64,000 nt of DNA from Paramecium tetraurelia (lineage: Eukaryota): contig CT868669.1 of NCBI GenBank assembly GCA_000165425.1, positions 1 through 64,000 of the forward strand. Reading direction: 5' to 3'. Shown piece after piece: positions 12,101 through 25,500 of this stretch. The number at the start of each line of letters is the position of its first letter. Position 1 is the first letter of the stretch. The translations under genes and the position numbers were made by a program. The notes beneath the pieces are model-generated. The model made no database searches. It saw nothing but the letters and a program-made list of their open reading frames with translations, and was not told the DNA's origin.

Positions 12101-15100
12101 GTTAAAGTAAATAAGTAATTTATAATCAGGTTGCCATTATAGTTGTCTATCTTGTAGTGGTCCATTAGTGAATTAATGTTCGTCTTGTTTGAACTCAGAA
12201 TCAAGAATTTTAGTTGCTACAAGTTGTGTATGTGCAGAAAATACCTTTGATATCAGTGTCCCTAATTGTAAAAGTAATTTATACTTTCATCTTATTAAGA
12301 ATGTGATTATCGATGTTAAGGATGTACAATATTACCTTCACTATGTAAATCTTGCCCATCTTCAAGCTTAAGGATATTTAATCCTTTAAGCTCTTCTTGT
12401 GATTGCCCTAGTTAATATTATGATGATGGAGTTAATATTGTTTGTTAAAGTAGTATTTTATCATAGCATTAGAATGCCACTACTCTTGTTTGACCTGTAT
12501 TATAACTTCGACCAGATGTGATTCATGTTAAGTTAATTCATATCGAACTTACAATCCTTTATTATAATCTTGCCTTTGTAATGATCATTATTATGACTCT
12601 GGAATTCCTATTTGTCAATAATGCCACTATTCTTGTCTGCTATGTAATGCTTTTGGCGCTGATTAATGTTTAAGCTGCTAACCATAAACAACGTCATTTA
12701 GAATATTTAATGGAAAAGCCTGTGAATGCCTCTTTGGATATTATGAAGATGGGTTTTCTTCAATTTGTTAAAAATGCTTTTATAAATGTTTAAGCTGCAT
12801 TACTTCATAAACTTAATGCACATCTTGTGTATAAACAAGATAATTATATCAAAATCAATGCTTATGTGATCCTGGTTATTATGATAGTGGTCTAAGTAAT
12901 TGCAGTAAATGTGATTCAAATTGTTACAATTGCAATTACAATTCAAAATTATGTACGGAGTGTGATTCAAATAGCTTAAGGATTTTGAACACAAATAATA
13001 ATACTTGTTATTGTTAACCTGGCACAACTGAAATAGATGGATTATGTTAATACTGTAATATCAATTGTTAGACTTGCTCAAATAGTATTACAAATTGTAC
13101 ATCATGCGTTCTATCGAAAATGCTAATTAATTCAAAATGCGTTTGTATAGACGGAACATATTTGTCGAATGTTGATAATAAATGCTATAATTGTAACTCT
13201 ACTTGTGAAACTTGTGGTGGACAAGACTCATTTTGCTTGAGCTGTTCTTTAGATAAAAATAGAATTCTAAATAATAAAAATCACACTTGCATTTGTATGG
13301 ATGGATATTATGAAGATTTAGCAAACAACTCTTGTTTGTAATGCGATAAAACGTGCTTAGCTTGCTTTGGAAATTCTTCAAATTGTTTACAATGTGATTC
13401 AAATCTGAACCTAGAACTGAATTAGTAAAATCTATGCGTTTGCAAATCAGGCTACTTTTTTAATCTCATAGCCGAATAATGTTAAGGTAATATTGATATT
13501 TAATCTAAGTTTGCCACTTTAGTTGCACTGAATGCTAAACTTAAACTTAATGTTTAGCCTGTGAATTAATAACTAGATATTTTGATAGTGATACATCATA
13601 ATGCGTTTGCAAGGATGGCTTTTATGAAGTCAATTAAATTTCATGTTTAAGTAATAAGTATTAAAATTATAGAATGTCAAAGTAGTTGTAAAACATGTTA
13701 GATTTAGTCAAATAAATGTCTAACTTGTGATACGTCTAATTTTAGATATTTTTAAATGAATTCCTGCCCCTGTTTGGATGGGTATTATGATGTTGGAATT
13801 GAAATGTGCCAAAAATGCAGTGAGTTTTGTAAAACTTGCTAAATAAGTTCAACAAAATGTTAATCTTGTTTCCCAAATCATCTTCGCTCAGCAAATCAAA
13901 ATGTTTGTACTTGCATTCCTGGATATTTTGATAATGGGTCATTAATATGCGAAAGTATTAATCAAAAATTTAATTAGAATGCTCAAATTCTTGTTTAACT
14001 TGTAAAAATCAAAAAGATTATTGCACTAGTTGTGATATTAATTAAAATAGATTAGATTAATCTATTATTCACAAATGTCCTTGCCTTTCTGATTTTTATC
14101 AGGATTCTGATGAAATTTGCTAAAGTAATTATTTTCGTATTACTCAGAATGCCATATTAAATGTTCTGGATGTGTTAATGAAAGAAATAACTGCTAAAGC
14201 TGCAAATATATCTAAGGTTCCAATAGATTAACAATATCAAATTAGTGTAATTGTAAAGATGGATATTATGATGATGATGTTCAAATTATTTGTAAAAAAT
14301 GTGAATATCTTTGCAAAACTTGTGAAAAAGATGCAAAAAATTGTCTGAAATGCTTCAGTAATTTAAGAATAAATCCACCTGATTGCTCATGTGTGGATGG
14401 CTACTTTGAAACATCATAGCTGGTTTGTGAAGGTAGATATTATTATTATTTACTAAGCTTGCGAATTTTAATGCGATACTTGCTAAACAGTACCCTCGAA
14501 TTGCTTGACGTGTAAGGAAGGTCGTATAAACAAATCGTGTGATTGCGAAGAAGGATATTTTGAAGGTGGCCAAGTATTATGCATTTGTATATATTGAAAT
14601 AATATTGTAAGAATGTGACTTTTAGTGTAAAAAATGCCTAAAATATTCAGCTAATTGTTTAGCTTGTAAAGGTGATAGATTTGAAACTCCATTCTGTCGA
14701 TGTTAGGATGGATTTTATGATGATTTTTAAAGTGTAAATTGTTTGAAATGTGATTACACTTGTAAAACATGCTCTTTGTATGCATGTTTAACATGCAATG
14801 GCAATCGAATTTTATCTAATCAAATGACTTGCGATCCACCTCCAGATTCAGTTAGCTCGCTTTTAACTCCTTGGTGTTCAAGTATAATCTTCATAATATC
14901 AAAGATTGCGAAGTAGCTGTAATGAAGATTAAATTATCAGATGATCTGACAGCAATTATTGTCTTATTTGATTTCCCTCTCAATCCAAATTTCTTTTCAA
15001 TTTAACTTGATATCAATGCTTGCTTTAATATCCTAACATAGACTACTCTTTCTAAATTAGGAATAAACCCAACGTGTAAACTAGATCCAGATAATTAACA

Positions 15101-18100
15101 ACAATTAATTTTGAATCTCGGTCGCAATCCCACAATTATTCCAGGAGACAATATTGATTTTTTGCCAGGTTCATTTGGTCACAAAAATTGTAATAATAAA
15201 CTATTGTATTTCTTTCATAAATAAACTTGAAAAACCTTCGAACCCATTCGCTCCTGTTATCAAATATGATGTACCTACTTACTTATTTAATCCTTGTGAT
15301 GAGAACATTTTTTTGATTGAATAAAAACTATATGATGGTTTACGAAGTTTTATTTCCTTGTCATGGTCATTTGTTGTGTAGGGGTAAAATGGGAATGGTG
15401 AACTTGAAAATTTCGTTACTGAATTAACAAATTTATAATAATTGGATTTAACAATCCCAGAAAAAACATTACCAATCCAATCTAATGTAACTTTATTTTT
15501 GGAAGTTCAAAACTTTGTTTTAAAGAAAACAGTTTATAAAATATTAATTCAAACACATGCAGGATAATTTCCTAGTATTTTATCTAATCTTAAACAGTAA
15601 TATTATACATTTGAATCTATAAATCTAGCTTTCACTTTAAAGAAGAAAAGTTGCATAGAAAATTCAACAGTATCAAATGATATTTCTCAATATTAAACTA
15701 AATTTTATGAAGTCTGGAGAAATAACTCTAAATCTAGGCCTTCAAATATCAATTATACTGAATTAGTTAATTCTAACCTATTGGAATTTAATATTCAAAG
15801 CTACTCTTTAAGTACTTGGACAGCTTATACATTTTAACTAATTATTTCAGATCCTTCAATTTAATATTATTCCTAAAAAATGTAACAATTTAGATTAAAT
15901 CAGCGGGAATTGTCTGTCAATTTAATGGAACAAAGAAATTGCAAAAATATTTCGATGTTACATATATTTATGTCTAATGCAAAGATCTCGATGTTGAATA
16001 GAATTGGAATGAAGATCCAAATTTGTCGATAGCCATCAGTTGTTTAGATCTAAATTCACAAGGCGAATGTAAGGATTCTAAATAGTAAAAAATATCAATT
16101 AATTCTACTTAACCAAGTTAGGTTTTTCCTGAAGCTACCTTTTAGCCATACACAATTTAAGCGTGGATTGTAATTGCAACGAAGAATTCATTATCATACA
16201 CTTATAAAATAACTATTGTATATTTAGAAGTTGATTTTAAAACCCTAGATATCGATTATAATAATGGATATTTAGTAAGGCCTGTTAATAACTATGAAGA
16301 TTTAAAATTTACATTTAATATACCGCTTTAGAATAGATAATACCTTTTAGATTATTAAGTCGCAATAATTTATGATTTTTAATTAGTTACAATACTTAGG
16401 CCCTAATATTATAAATATTCCTTTTAATTATATGATCATTATTAATAATTTAACAAAGGAGATAAATTTAACCTTAAGTTTTTAGCCTAATATACTAATG
16501 ATAACATTCCTGTCTAAGCAGACTTAGGCCTAATTTTAAATTAACCTCCAATTTGTAGACTTCGAATGCTAGAATGGAATATCAAAGCTTTAGAGAATCA
16601 TAAAATGGCAATTAATTGTGAATAATCTGAAGATAAACCTTATCTTTATTAAATGAAGGTGTTTTTATTTAAAGATGATTTTGAAGAGTTTCAAAATAAA
16701 TCTTCAGATAATTCCCTACTTTTCTACGGTTTTTAGAAATCTAATAATTTAGTAGGATATTTTCCTAATGCAGAAATAAATGTAATATTATAGATCTTAG
16801 ATTAAAGAGGCTCGATAACAAATATTCATTAGTACTAAAATATCTCACAGAATCAAATTGATTGTACAAATTAAACTATAGAACAATTAATATTAAGGGA
16901 AAAAATTGCATGGATATTTGAAATAATGATTAATCGTTAAGATGAATTAAATTGCATCAAATTGAAGGATGAATTATTAAAATATATTGAATTAGGAATA
17001 AACTCTAAAGATATTTATGAAAAATTATTAGCCCATCAAACAATTAATCTATACAAAAAATTAATTTTGAAATCATAGGCTTCAAAAACTTCAAAGAGAT
17101 ATTTAGAATAAAATTAGCAAAATGAATGTTACAACAATAAGTCATCTCTCTTTATTAATACTAATTAAGAACACTTCTAAAAAAACAGCACTAATATTTC
17201 ATCTTTGGCAATATCTTCCTAAAAGATTGAAAAATAAATAACAAATTTAATAAAGTTAAAGGTAAATATGGAAAAATAAAATGCCTAAAATAATATAATT
17301 GTTAATACTGAGTCTATTATGTAAATTAAAAATATAGTCTAGATGCTATCAATTTCAGTACATTTGATAGATAATTAATTGTTAATTATTTCTTTGAATG
17401 AAACTTCTGCGGAGAACTAAGAGCAAGTAGCAATTATATCTGAGAAATTAATTATATTAATTGATAATATTACAATTCATATTAGTGACAGTGTATAAGT
17501 GAATGGTTAGGTTTTGTTGATTCAAGGATAAATTTTGAAATTCTAATTGTAAAAGCTTACAAAGTCGAAGCATAATTTAAATTTTTAAATACATGATGAT
17601 TACCTAGATAATTTAATTACATTCATTTAGAAATAATAACTCATAGTTTATTACAATTACTATAATCTATCATAAACTTACAGAACTATGCTACAAATTT
17701 ATTTAAATAGATCAGATTTTGAGATAGATTAAAATCATTACGTCAAAACTATTTTAACTAATTTTCTTTATACTAATCCCTAAATGAATCAGCAAGAATT
17801 AAGTGGTTATTATGGAATTGACTTGACAGAATTATAATATTGTGATCCTTTAAACCAGTTTTCTACAGTTGTTGAATATAATTATTAGTGTATAAATTAT
17901 ATAATGGAAAATAAGTTTGAAAATTGTCATTTAGAAATGTAAGAAGTTAATAATCAAAGAGCACAACTAGTTTGTATATGTAAATCAATAGGAAATTTAT
18001 TTTTGATAAAAAGTGCTCATAAAACAGTAACATAAAATAGTACTACGGTAGCAAATTAATTGTAATTTGATTTTTCATCAATTAAATTAATTGACTAAGC

Positions 18101-18888
18101 TTTTCTATTTGTCTAGAGCGGAGTTATTTTATCATCCTTTTTTGTTTATTTTTTCCTATTATATAAAGATTATAACAATTAAAAGGATATTGACTTAGAA
18201 CAAAGTTAAAGCGAAAGGTAAGATACCCTAGAGCGGGGTTAGAAGGTATTTGGCAGAAAATTTTATCCAGGTCATATCTTTATGTTTAAAGCAGCTTTCA
18301 AAGTAAATTACTTAATTATAAAAAAGCATATCCATTCAATATTGCAATTTTTTTAAGATGAAGAAAGCAATGTGAAAAAAAGCTTTAGATTTTTATTGTT
18401 TAGTAATTAATTAAGCATTTTAATATTAATATCTATTTGGGAAGTCCTGGCCTCCAATTTATTAATAATTAATGCCCAAATTAACCTTCTTATTTTATTA
18501 GGCGTTAGAGCGATTTCAAAGATAATTTAAGCTATTTATTAGTTAGGAGGCAAAATTGCAATAGCAATGGTACTACTGTATTTTTGCCTTCCTGTTTTGT
18601 ATTTATTCCTTACTATTATTGTATTAAATTAAATGTATATTATCATCTCATATTAGTGAATTAAATAAGACTGACATGGATGTTTAAATAACTTTAAATC
18701 TATTAAGCACTTTATTTTTAGTATTTTTCATAGTTGATCCGATCTCAATTTATATAAGAATAGTTTTATATAAAACTTACTTTAACAGTGTTAAGAATAA
18801 TGAGTATATTCCAATAAACCATTTCATTTATTTCTTTCTGCATCATAGTAGAATAAATAAAATTTATGAATAACTCTAAATCAGATGA
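9157..18888 (+). CDS. Giant surface membrane protein: signal peptide, long furin-like Cys-rich repeat array, REJ-like region, GPS-like motif, about 5 TM helices
   Basis: Starts MISQDILFFLLILQLADG. CHxxCxxCxxxxxxCxxC...CxCxxGYY repeats run to about 14.9 kb. REJ-like motifs CKDLD..WNEDPNL..SC and NQPPIC..IKALE..INCE.SEDKPYLY, then LVCICKSIGNLF before TM1. Ends EQLQIR-TGA. About 25 introns of 21-26 nt. At least 6 single-base frameshifts (about 9405, 11840, 12022, 12090, 15222, 15878). Confidence 0.85.
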
Positions 18889-19596
18889 ATTTATAAATTA
18901 TTAATTTAATTAAATATAGGCATTGTATTATTTATCTAGCTTGTATAATTATAATATATCATAATTCTTTATCTAAAAAAGTTTGTTATGGCGACTTTAA
19001 AAACATAATAAAGAGCATTTAGTTAAAGTCCTCTACATGAAAGTAAAAATATTGTTAAACTGAAAAATTTGTCCTCTCGTTTTGATAAGTTCAATTAATT
19101 TATTGTAAATTTCAGATAATATCTTTGCTGTATTAAAATATTATAGAAATAGAAAGAAAATGAATTTATATTTTTTGCTAAAATGACTTTAAATAGTTGA
19201 TTTCTTTCAGTGACCCTTAAAATAATAGAATTACTAGATTAACAAAAATCCATTTTCACCCTCAACTCTTGTTTTCTTACTTAGTTTTTTTGAAAATTCA
19301 GCTGAAAAAACATTAACATTATCTAACTTTCTTCATTTAAAATATTAATTCTAACTTTTAGTCTACTTTTAAATTCTTTCATTTTGTTACATCCAAAATT
19401 TTCTAATTCTATATCACACTCAAAAAATATATTAATGGTATTTTAACAACTTCTATAAATTAAATTTTTTCATTTATAGATCTATATTCTGTTTATGGTT
19501 TATTCATATATATAAGTATTATTTCTGCAAGTAAGATTCGTTTATAATTTTGAAGATTTTATCAAGAAAATAATTAATTTTAAATCTATTATATAA

Positions 19597-22500
19597 TCAA
19601 AATGAACTGATGACTATGCTTGCTCTACTTTAATAATTGTCATTCAAAAACTCAAATTTACTTGGTAGCTTCTTTACTTATTCTTAATTTAGTAATATTT
19701 ATGGATTGGAATTTGTAGGTCTAATTTGAGTTGAAAGGGAATTAAGATTCTCTTTCAACTCTTTAATGGGTTTGGCATAACTAAATAAATATTTCTTAAT
19801 CTTTTGGTACTAATTTTAGATTCGTTTTCTTCTTTGAGTGCTATTTTCTAGGTACTTTCTGAAATATGGATGTTTCACAGCCCAAGGAGCGATTACAGAT
19901 AACTTGTCCCTCACTTTATCAAATTTGCCTTCCAATTCTAAATAATAAGATTTTAATATTTCATTAAAAAGCAACATAAAATAAAATAAGTTGAGCATAG
20001 CCAATATTATGAAATAAGGTATTTGAATTTCAAAATTGCCATAAAGTTCATCGATATATATCCCAAATCCCAATATAATTGAAATTTAGCAAACTTTAGC
20101 TGAAAGGGCATCTAAATTATTAAGAGTACTCATATTATAAGGTTTAAATCTATGATTTAATTCTGAATATAAATAAACAACAAGTAACACAAGAGTACCT
20201 TTCTGAATGATATTGTCGTCATAATATGATAGAAAGATAATAAGCAATTCTTTTTCTACAATTTTAACAATTTCCCAAAAAAAAGCGCCTGTTTTATATT
20301 CATTATATAAATATCCAAATTGTTGTCTAATTTTTTTCTCATTCAAAACATCTCTTTTAATGTATAATGCTATGAAAAATAGAGATGGTATGAGAAGAGC
20401 AAATAAAAATAACCCAGGCAAGCAAAAAGCTAGCAGCCAAATAATATGCTGGGATGTATCATATCTATAAGCTACATTAGCTTGAATCCATTAATATCCA
20501 GATATTTATCTAAAGGATAATAAAGATATCAAACCCCCTACCAAGTTTGGTTGAATATATATGTAAATGTATATAAATGTAGTAGTAATAACACTCAAAC
20601 TGTATTTAATTGCACCACATTTTACCGTAATGTAATATATACCTAAAAATAGAAAAATGTATATGAAAGGCATAATTAATTGCCATATTATTCTAGCGTA
20701 ATGAATTTCCATAGAAAACATATAAATTAAGAAGCAATCTAATGAATATGCCATAGTTTGTATTGGGTTGCCTATTGCATTTAAGGCGTTAGTTAAACCA
20801 GTTGAGAGATTTATTTTAAAAGTAGTTATTGCTGTCAGTATTTGAAGATGATTAGTAAGCATCTTTATAAGAATAGCAGATTAAGACTATATTGAATTTT
20901 TAATGAACCTTAATTTTGTCATTTATATTTAAATTGCTATTTAATTAAGCAATGCTACAGTACTCTTCACAGATATGAAAATAGATATTAATGTCCTTAA
21001 ATATTATAAACTAAATACCAAATGCTGACTAATATGATTATGACAATGTTTTTAGAATTATTTAGACAAGAACTACAAGAATATTAAACACTTTTTGAAA
21101 AATGTCCAGATCCTCTAATGTCATATATATCACATTCTTCACATAAAGCACCAATATGTCCATTAGAGCACGAATTATCTCCTTGAGACCAACCTCCGTT
21201 GCAATTTCTTGGTAAATTAATACATTAATCAATAGAGTCACTATTGAAGTAGGGTCTCCAAAATCCCTCTCTTAGATTCAGTTAAGCTGATTTAATTTCC
21301 TTTGTTGAAACATCATCTTTAACCTAACATCTTTAAGAATTAATAACTAAAGAATATTATCCTAATTCTGGATCACAAGGAACACAGATTTTATTTGAAG
21401 TCTTTTTAATTTCACCCAGTTGACATGGTAATGTCTTGACATTCATTCTCAAATAATAATTTTGATGATATGACTCTATTTATTTATTATCACCTCTTAT
21501 TGGTATAAAAATTGAACTGCAGTTAAATTAAAGTTGCAAAGTCATATTTAATTCATCATCTAAATATATTATCAGTTAATCCAAATTATAGTCCTTATAC
21601 CCAAATTCAATGTTCTCTTGGTTTGTAAAATTGTTTGTGAATAGTCTTTCTAATTCATCATCAAGTAGTCTACCTTTGATTGAACATGATGTTTTTTGTA
21701 AATTGTTGATAATAGAATCATATTGATCTAGTGCTACTATTCTTAAATGCAAATTGTAAGGGTAATATTGCTCCTTCTACCAATCAAAATATTTATAATC
21801 TGAAACTGTTTGTCCGTTCGGAAAGTAGAGAGTATCAGAAAATACATTCCTAAAAACTTCATATTTCTTTATGTGTATTTATTCAATTACTAAGTTTTCT
21901 GTTTAGAGTATTTTAATTTTTGGTAGATAGTTCACAGCATCTACAGAAATAGCCAATTAAGAAGGTATTTACGCTTCATTATTTCCATACAGTTTTGCAA
22001 TGTTATCTTAAACTAGTGAGCCTAAAAGTGTCATGTTTTAATTCATTTAATCAGTCATAAATATCCCACCTCCAATATTAGCCCTATTATCCTATAATAT
22101 TGATTGTTCTATGTAGAAATCTTCTATTCCAATAACCAAAATTGCTCCTCCTTTGTTAGCAGCTATATTTTTTTATAGGATAGAAGAAATGATCAACGTC
22201 GTTATATTTTATATTCTTAAACATGTACCTTCATAACCTTAGTTTTTTTAACAAATATAATTTAATAAATTTACCTAGTAATTTTTGCTATTAACAAAAG
22301 GAATTAATTTTTAGAGCCTACGACGTGATTGCATATTATTAATAATATTAATACAGCTGGATTTTCCACATTAATTTCTTTCAACATTGAGCGATTTAAT
22401 ATCTAAATAGCTGTGCTTTTCTTTAAGTTGAATATATAATAATCCATTATCACAAGTTTCACAATTAATATCTTTAAACAACAGCTATGAAATTGTCATA

Positions 22501-25500
22501 TTGGATTTAAATGGAGAGATTTCAACAACACTAACGTTTTCATCACTTTTTTGCATTTTCATTTTATTAAGAACACAAATTGCTGTTGTATCCAGTGCTT
22601 CATCATAAAATAAAGGTAAAATCTTAGGAGATACTCTAGAAAAGGATTCACCCAAACAAGAGAAAGATTAATAAGGTATTTGATTGACTGATTAGATTAT
22701 ACATTCTGTTTTATATGGAATAATAGCAAAAATAGAAATGTTTGATAATTCCATATCAGTCATGCATATGGACGAACTGCTGTTTTTGTTATCAATTTAT
22801 ATAACCGAATTTAAAAATATTGATTTGCTTATTAAAAGTTTAGTTATTTAAATGTAAAAGTTATTTGAAACCAAAGGGAATGATTCATAATTATATCCGC
22901 AAATAAAAAAATTCNNNNNNNNNNNNNNNNNNNNNNNNNNNNNNNNNNNNNNNNNNNNNNNNNNNNNNNNNNNNNNNNNNNNNNNNNNNNNNNNNNNNNN
23001 NNNNNNNNNNNNNNNNNNNNNNNNNNNNNNNNNNNNNNNNNNNNNNNNNNNNNNNNNNNNNNNNAAACCCTAAAAGGAATTAATTCATACTTAAATATCT
23101 GTAGTTAAAATATTCTAAAATATGATGGTGAAAGCATTGGTAAATGAAAAACATATATCTTTAGTAAATTAATTGTTACAATTCTTCTGTGTCTTCTAAA
23201 TCGCTAAAATGACTCAAGAAATTCATTTAACCTAATTGAGAATTTTTTATTTAAACATTTTCTAGACTTATTATTTTAGATGTCGTAGATTAGGATGAAA
23301 ATTCAGTAAAAATTATTGAACCCTAAAGTGCATATACATCTTCGATTTTTAAGTTCGACATAAGTATCTAAGACTTACCTTACCCGTTAATTAAATAAAC
23401 AAAGCCGCCCTTTTATCGACATAAAATATTATTCAACCTTATATTTTACAATTCTATTATGGCCTCAACAATTCGAGTAGTATCAAATACAATAGCTCCT
23501 CCGTTTTCATTTTTTTCTAAGAACAAAGATTTAATTGACGAGAATACTATATTCGTCATTAAACATTTAGCTATATTCTCAAGAGAAATATATAACCCAG
23601 AACCAACAGAGTTTGAAATACTTATGTTAGTTAGTTCAATGTTTTAACCAGCCAATTTAGCATTTCCCGTTTATACCTTGACAGGAAAGATTTGTATAAT
23701 GTTCTCTAAAAATATCTCTTGGTCACTTTTAAATCCCCATAATATGTGGGGTTGCAAAATGCTATAATTGGAAATACAATTATATTTGAACACAATATTT
23801 GTCATGATTATTGTATTTGATTTTATGTAAATGATACTTTAAGTTGAGTTTGTAACTAAATTAGATACGATTGTTAAATTTTAAAAATTCAAAGTACAAT
23901 AGGAACAATCGAAGTTAAAAAGTAATGCAGAGCTTATGAGATCATTTTGTTGATAGTAGTGCATAAGATTCTTGTCCATTGATGAGTCAGATATAGATAT
24001 TTTATATTCTGATTGGGACGTTATTTAGAAGATGGATGCCTACTTTAATGAATCTGTTATCAATATGAGGTTGCTTTTAAAATATAATTTTGAAACTGAA
24101 ATTTCTTCTGACTTGGTAATCATCTCAATAGAGGAAAGAATATTTATTATTGGATAATTTATTATTGAAACTGATTCGATTAGTAAGGAATATAGCGTTA
24201 TGTTTTGAATATCATAGAGGTATAGTGAAGTAAAATAATACTTTCCTGAAATTTCTTTTTAAACACAATCAAAATATTGATGAAGTCCTTTAATTTGATA
24301 AGACTCATCCTATATGATTCTACCTTCATTTAGTTTGAATGTCGATCCTTTTTAAATTACGATATCTTTAATCCCAAAACTTCTGGTAATGAACAAACCA
24401 TTTATGTCTATGTATTCTGCTTCCAAAAAGATGAGGGACTCATCTTATTTATCTATAAGAGGTTGCTTTGAATTTACTTATAATGAGTTGAGATTAAGAA
24501 TCAAACTATTGAAGTAAAGATATTAATTTGGAATTTAATTTTGTTTGATTCTTATAAATCTGGATTCTTTGTCATAGATATTTAATGAGAATTCAAGTTC
24601 TATAAAATATAAATTTGCTTTGATACAGGAGCACCTTCTACCTTTGTTCCATACTGCATGCTCCTTATCTTATGAATCCATTTCCCAAACTTCCTTACCC
24701 CTTTATTTTAGCGTGGCCATCTGATATCCTTCCGTTCTTTCTATTTCAAGCAAAACCCTTCCTATCTATCTCTATNNNNNNNNNNNNNNNNNNNNNNNNN
24801 NNNNNNNNNNNNNNNNNNNNNNNNNNNNNNNNNNNNNNNNNNNNNNNNNNNNNNNNNNNNNNNNNNNNNNNNNNNNNNNNNNNNNNNNNNNNNNNNNNNN
24901 NNNNNNNNNNNNNNNNNNNNNNNNNTGGGGGACCGCAAGATATTTAATGAGAATTCAAGTTCTATAAAATATAAATTTCTTGCTTAAGCATCAGAATTAT
25001 TAAAGGCTGAAGAAGCATTCAGAATTGTATTTTCAATAAATTTAAAGGAATTAATGGAAAAGGTTGTTTTCACGCCAAATATCGTAGAATTAACTTAGGT
25101 ATTTTTATACATTTTAAATGAATAGATTTAGATTGTAAATAATTCGTTTCCTCCCATTAAATTCTCTATATTAGTTATCAAACTCTCTTTGATGATAATT
25201 TCTTAAATTAGAAGGAATCCTGAAGATGAGTTTAGCAGTTGAGATTACTGAAATGAGATTGAAGTAAAATTTGATAATAGGAAATAAGTAGAATCACTTG
25301 ATTTGGTATTACATTTAAACAAATTTACTGTTTAGAATTCGCAATTTATCATATTAAAGTTTATAATATGAATAGTTTAAGCTTTCTCTACTTCTTCCAC
25401 CAAAATAAATGCCAAGATATCGGTTAAGTTAAGATCTTAAGTACTAAATTTATCAATGATAACAAATGTAGAATTCCATATTAAAATTTAAGATTTATCC

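Noticed and set aside
18988..19200. 70-aa code-6 ORF MATLKTQQRAFSQSPLHESK... between two convergent genes
   Set aside because: It is short with no recognisable motif, and such ORFs arise readily when TGA is the only stop.
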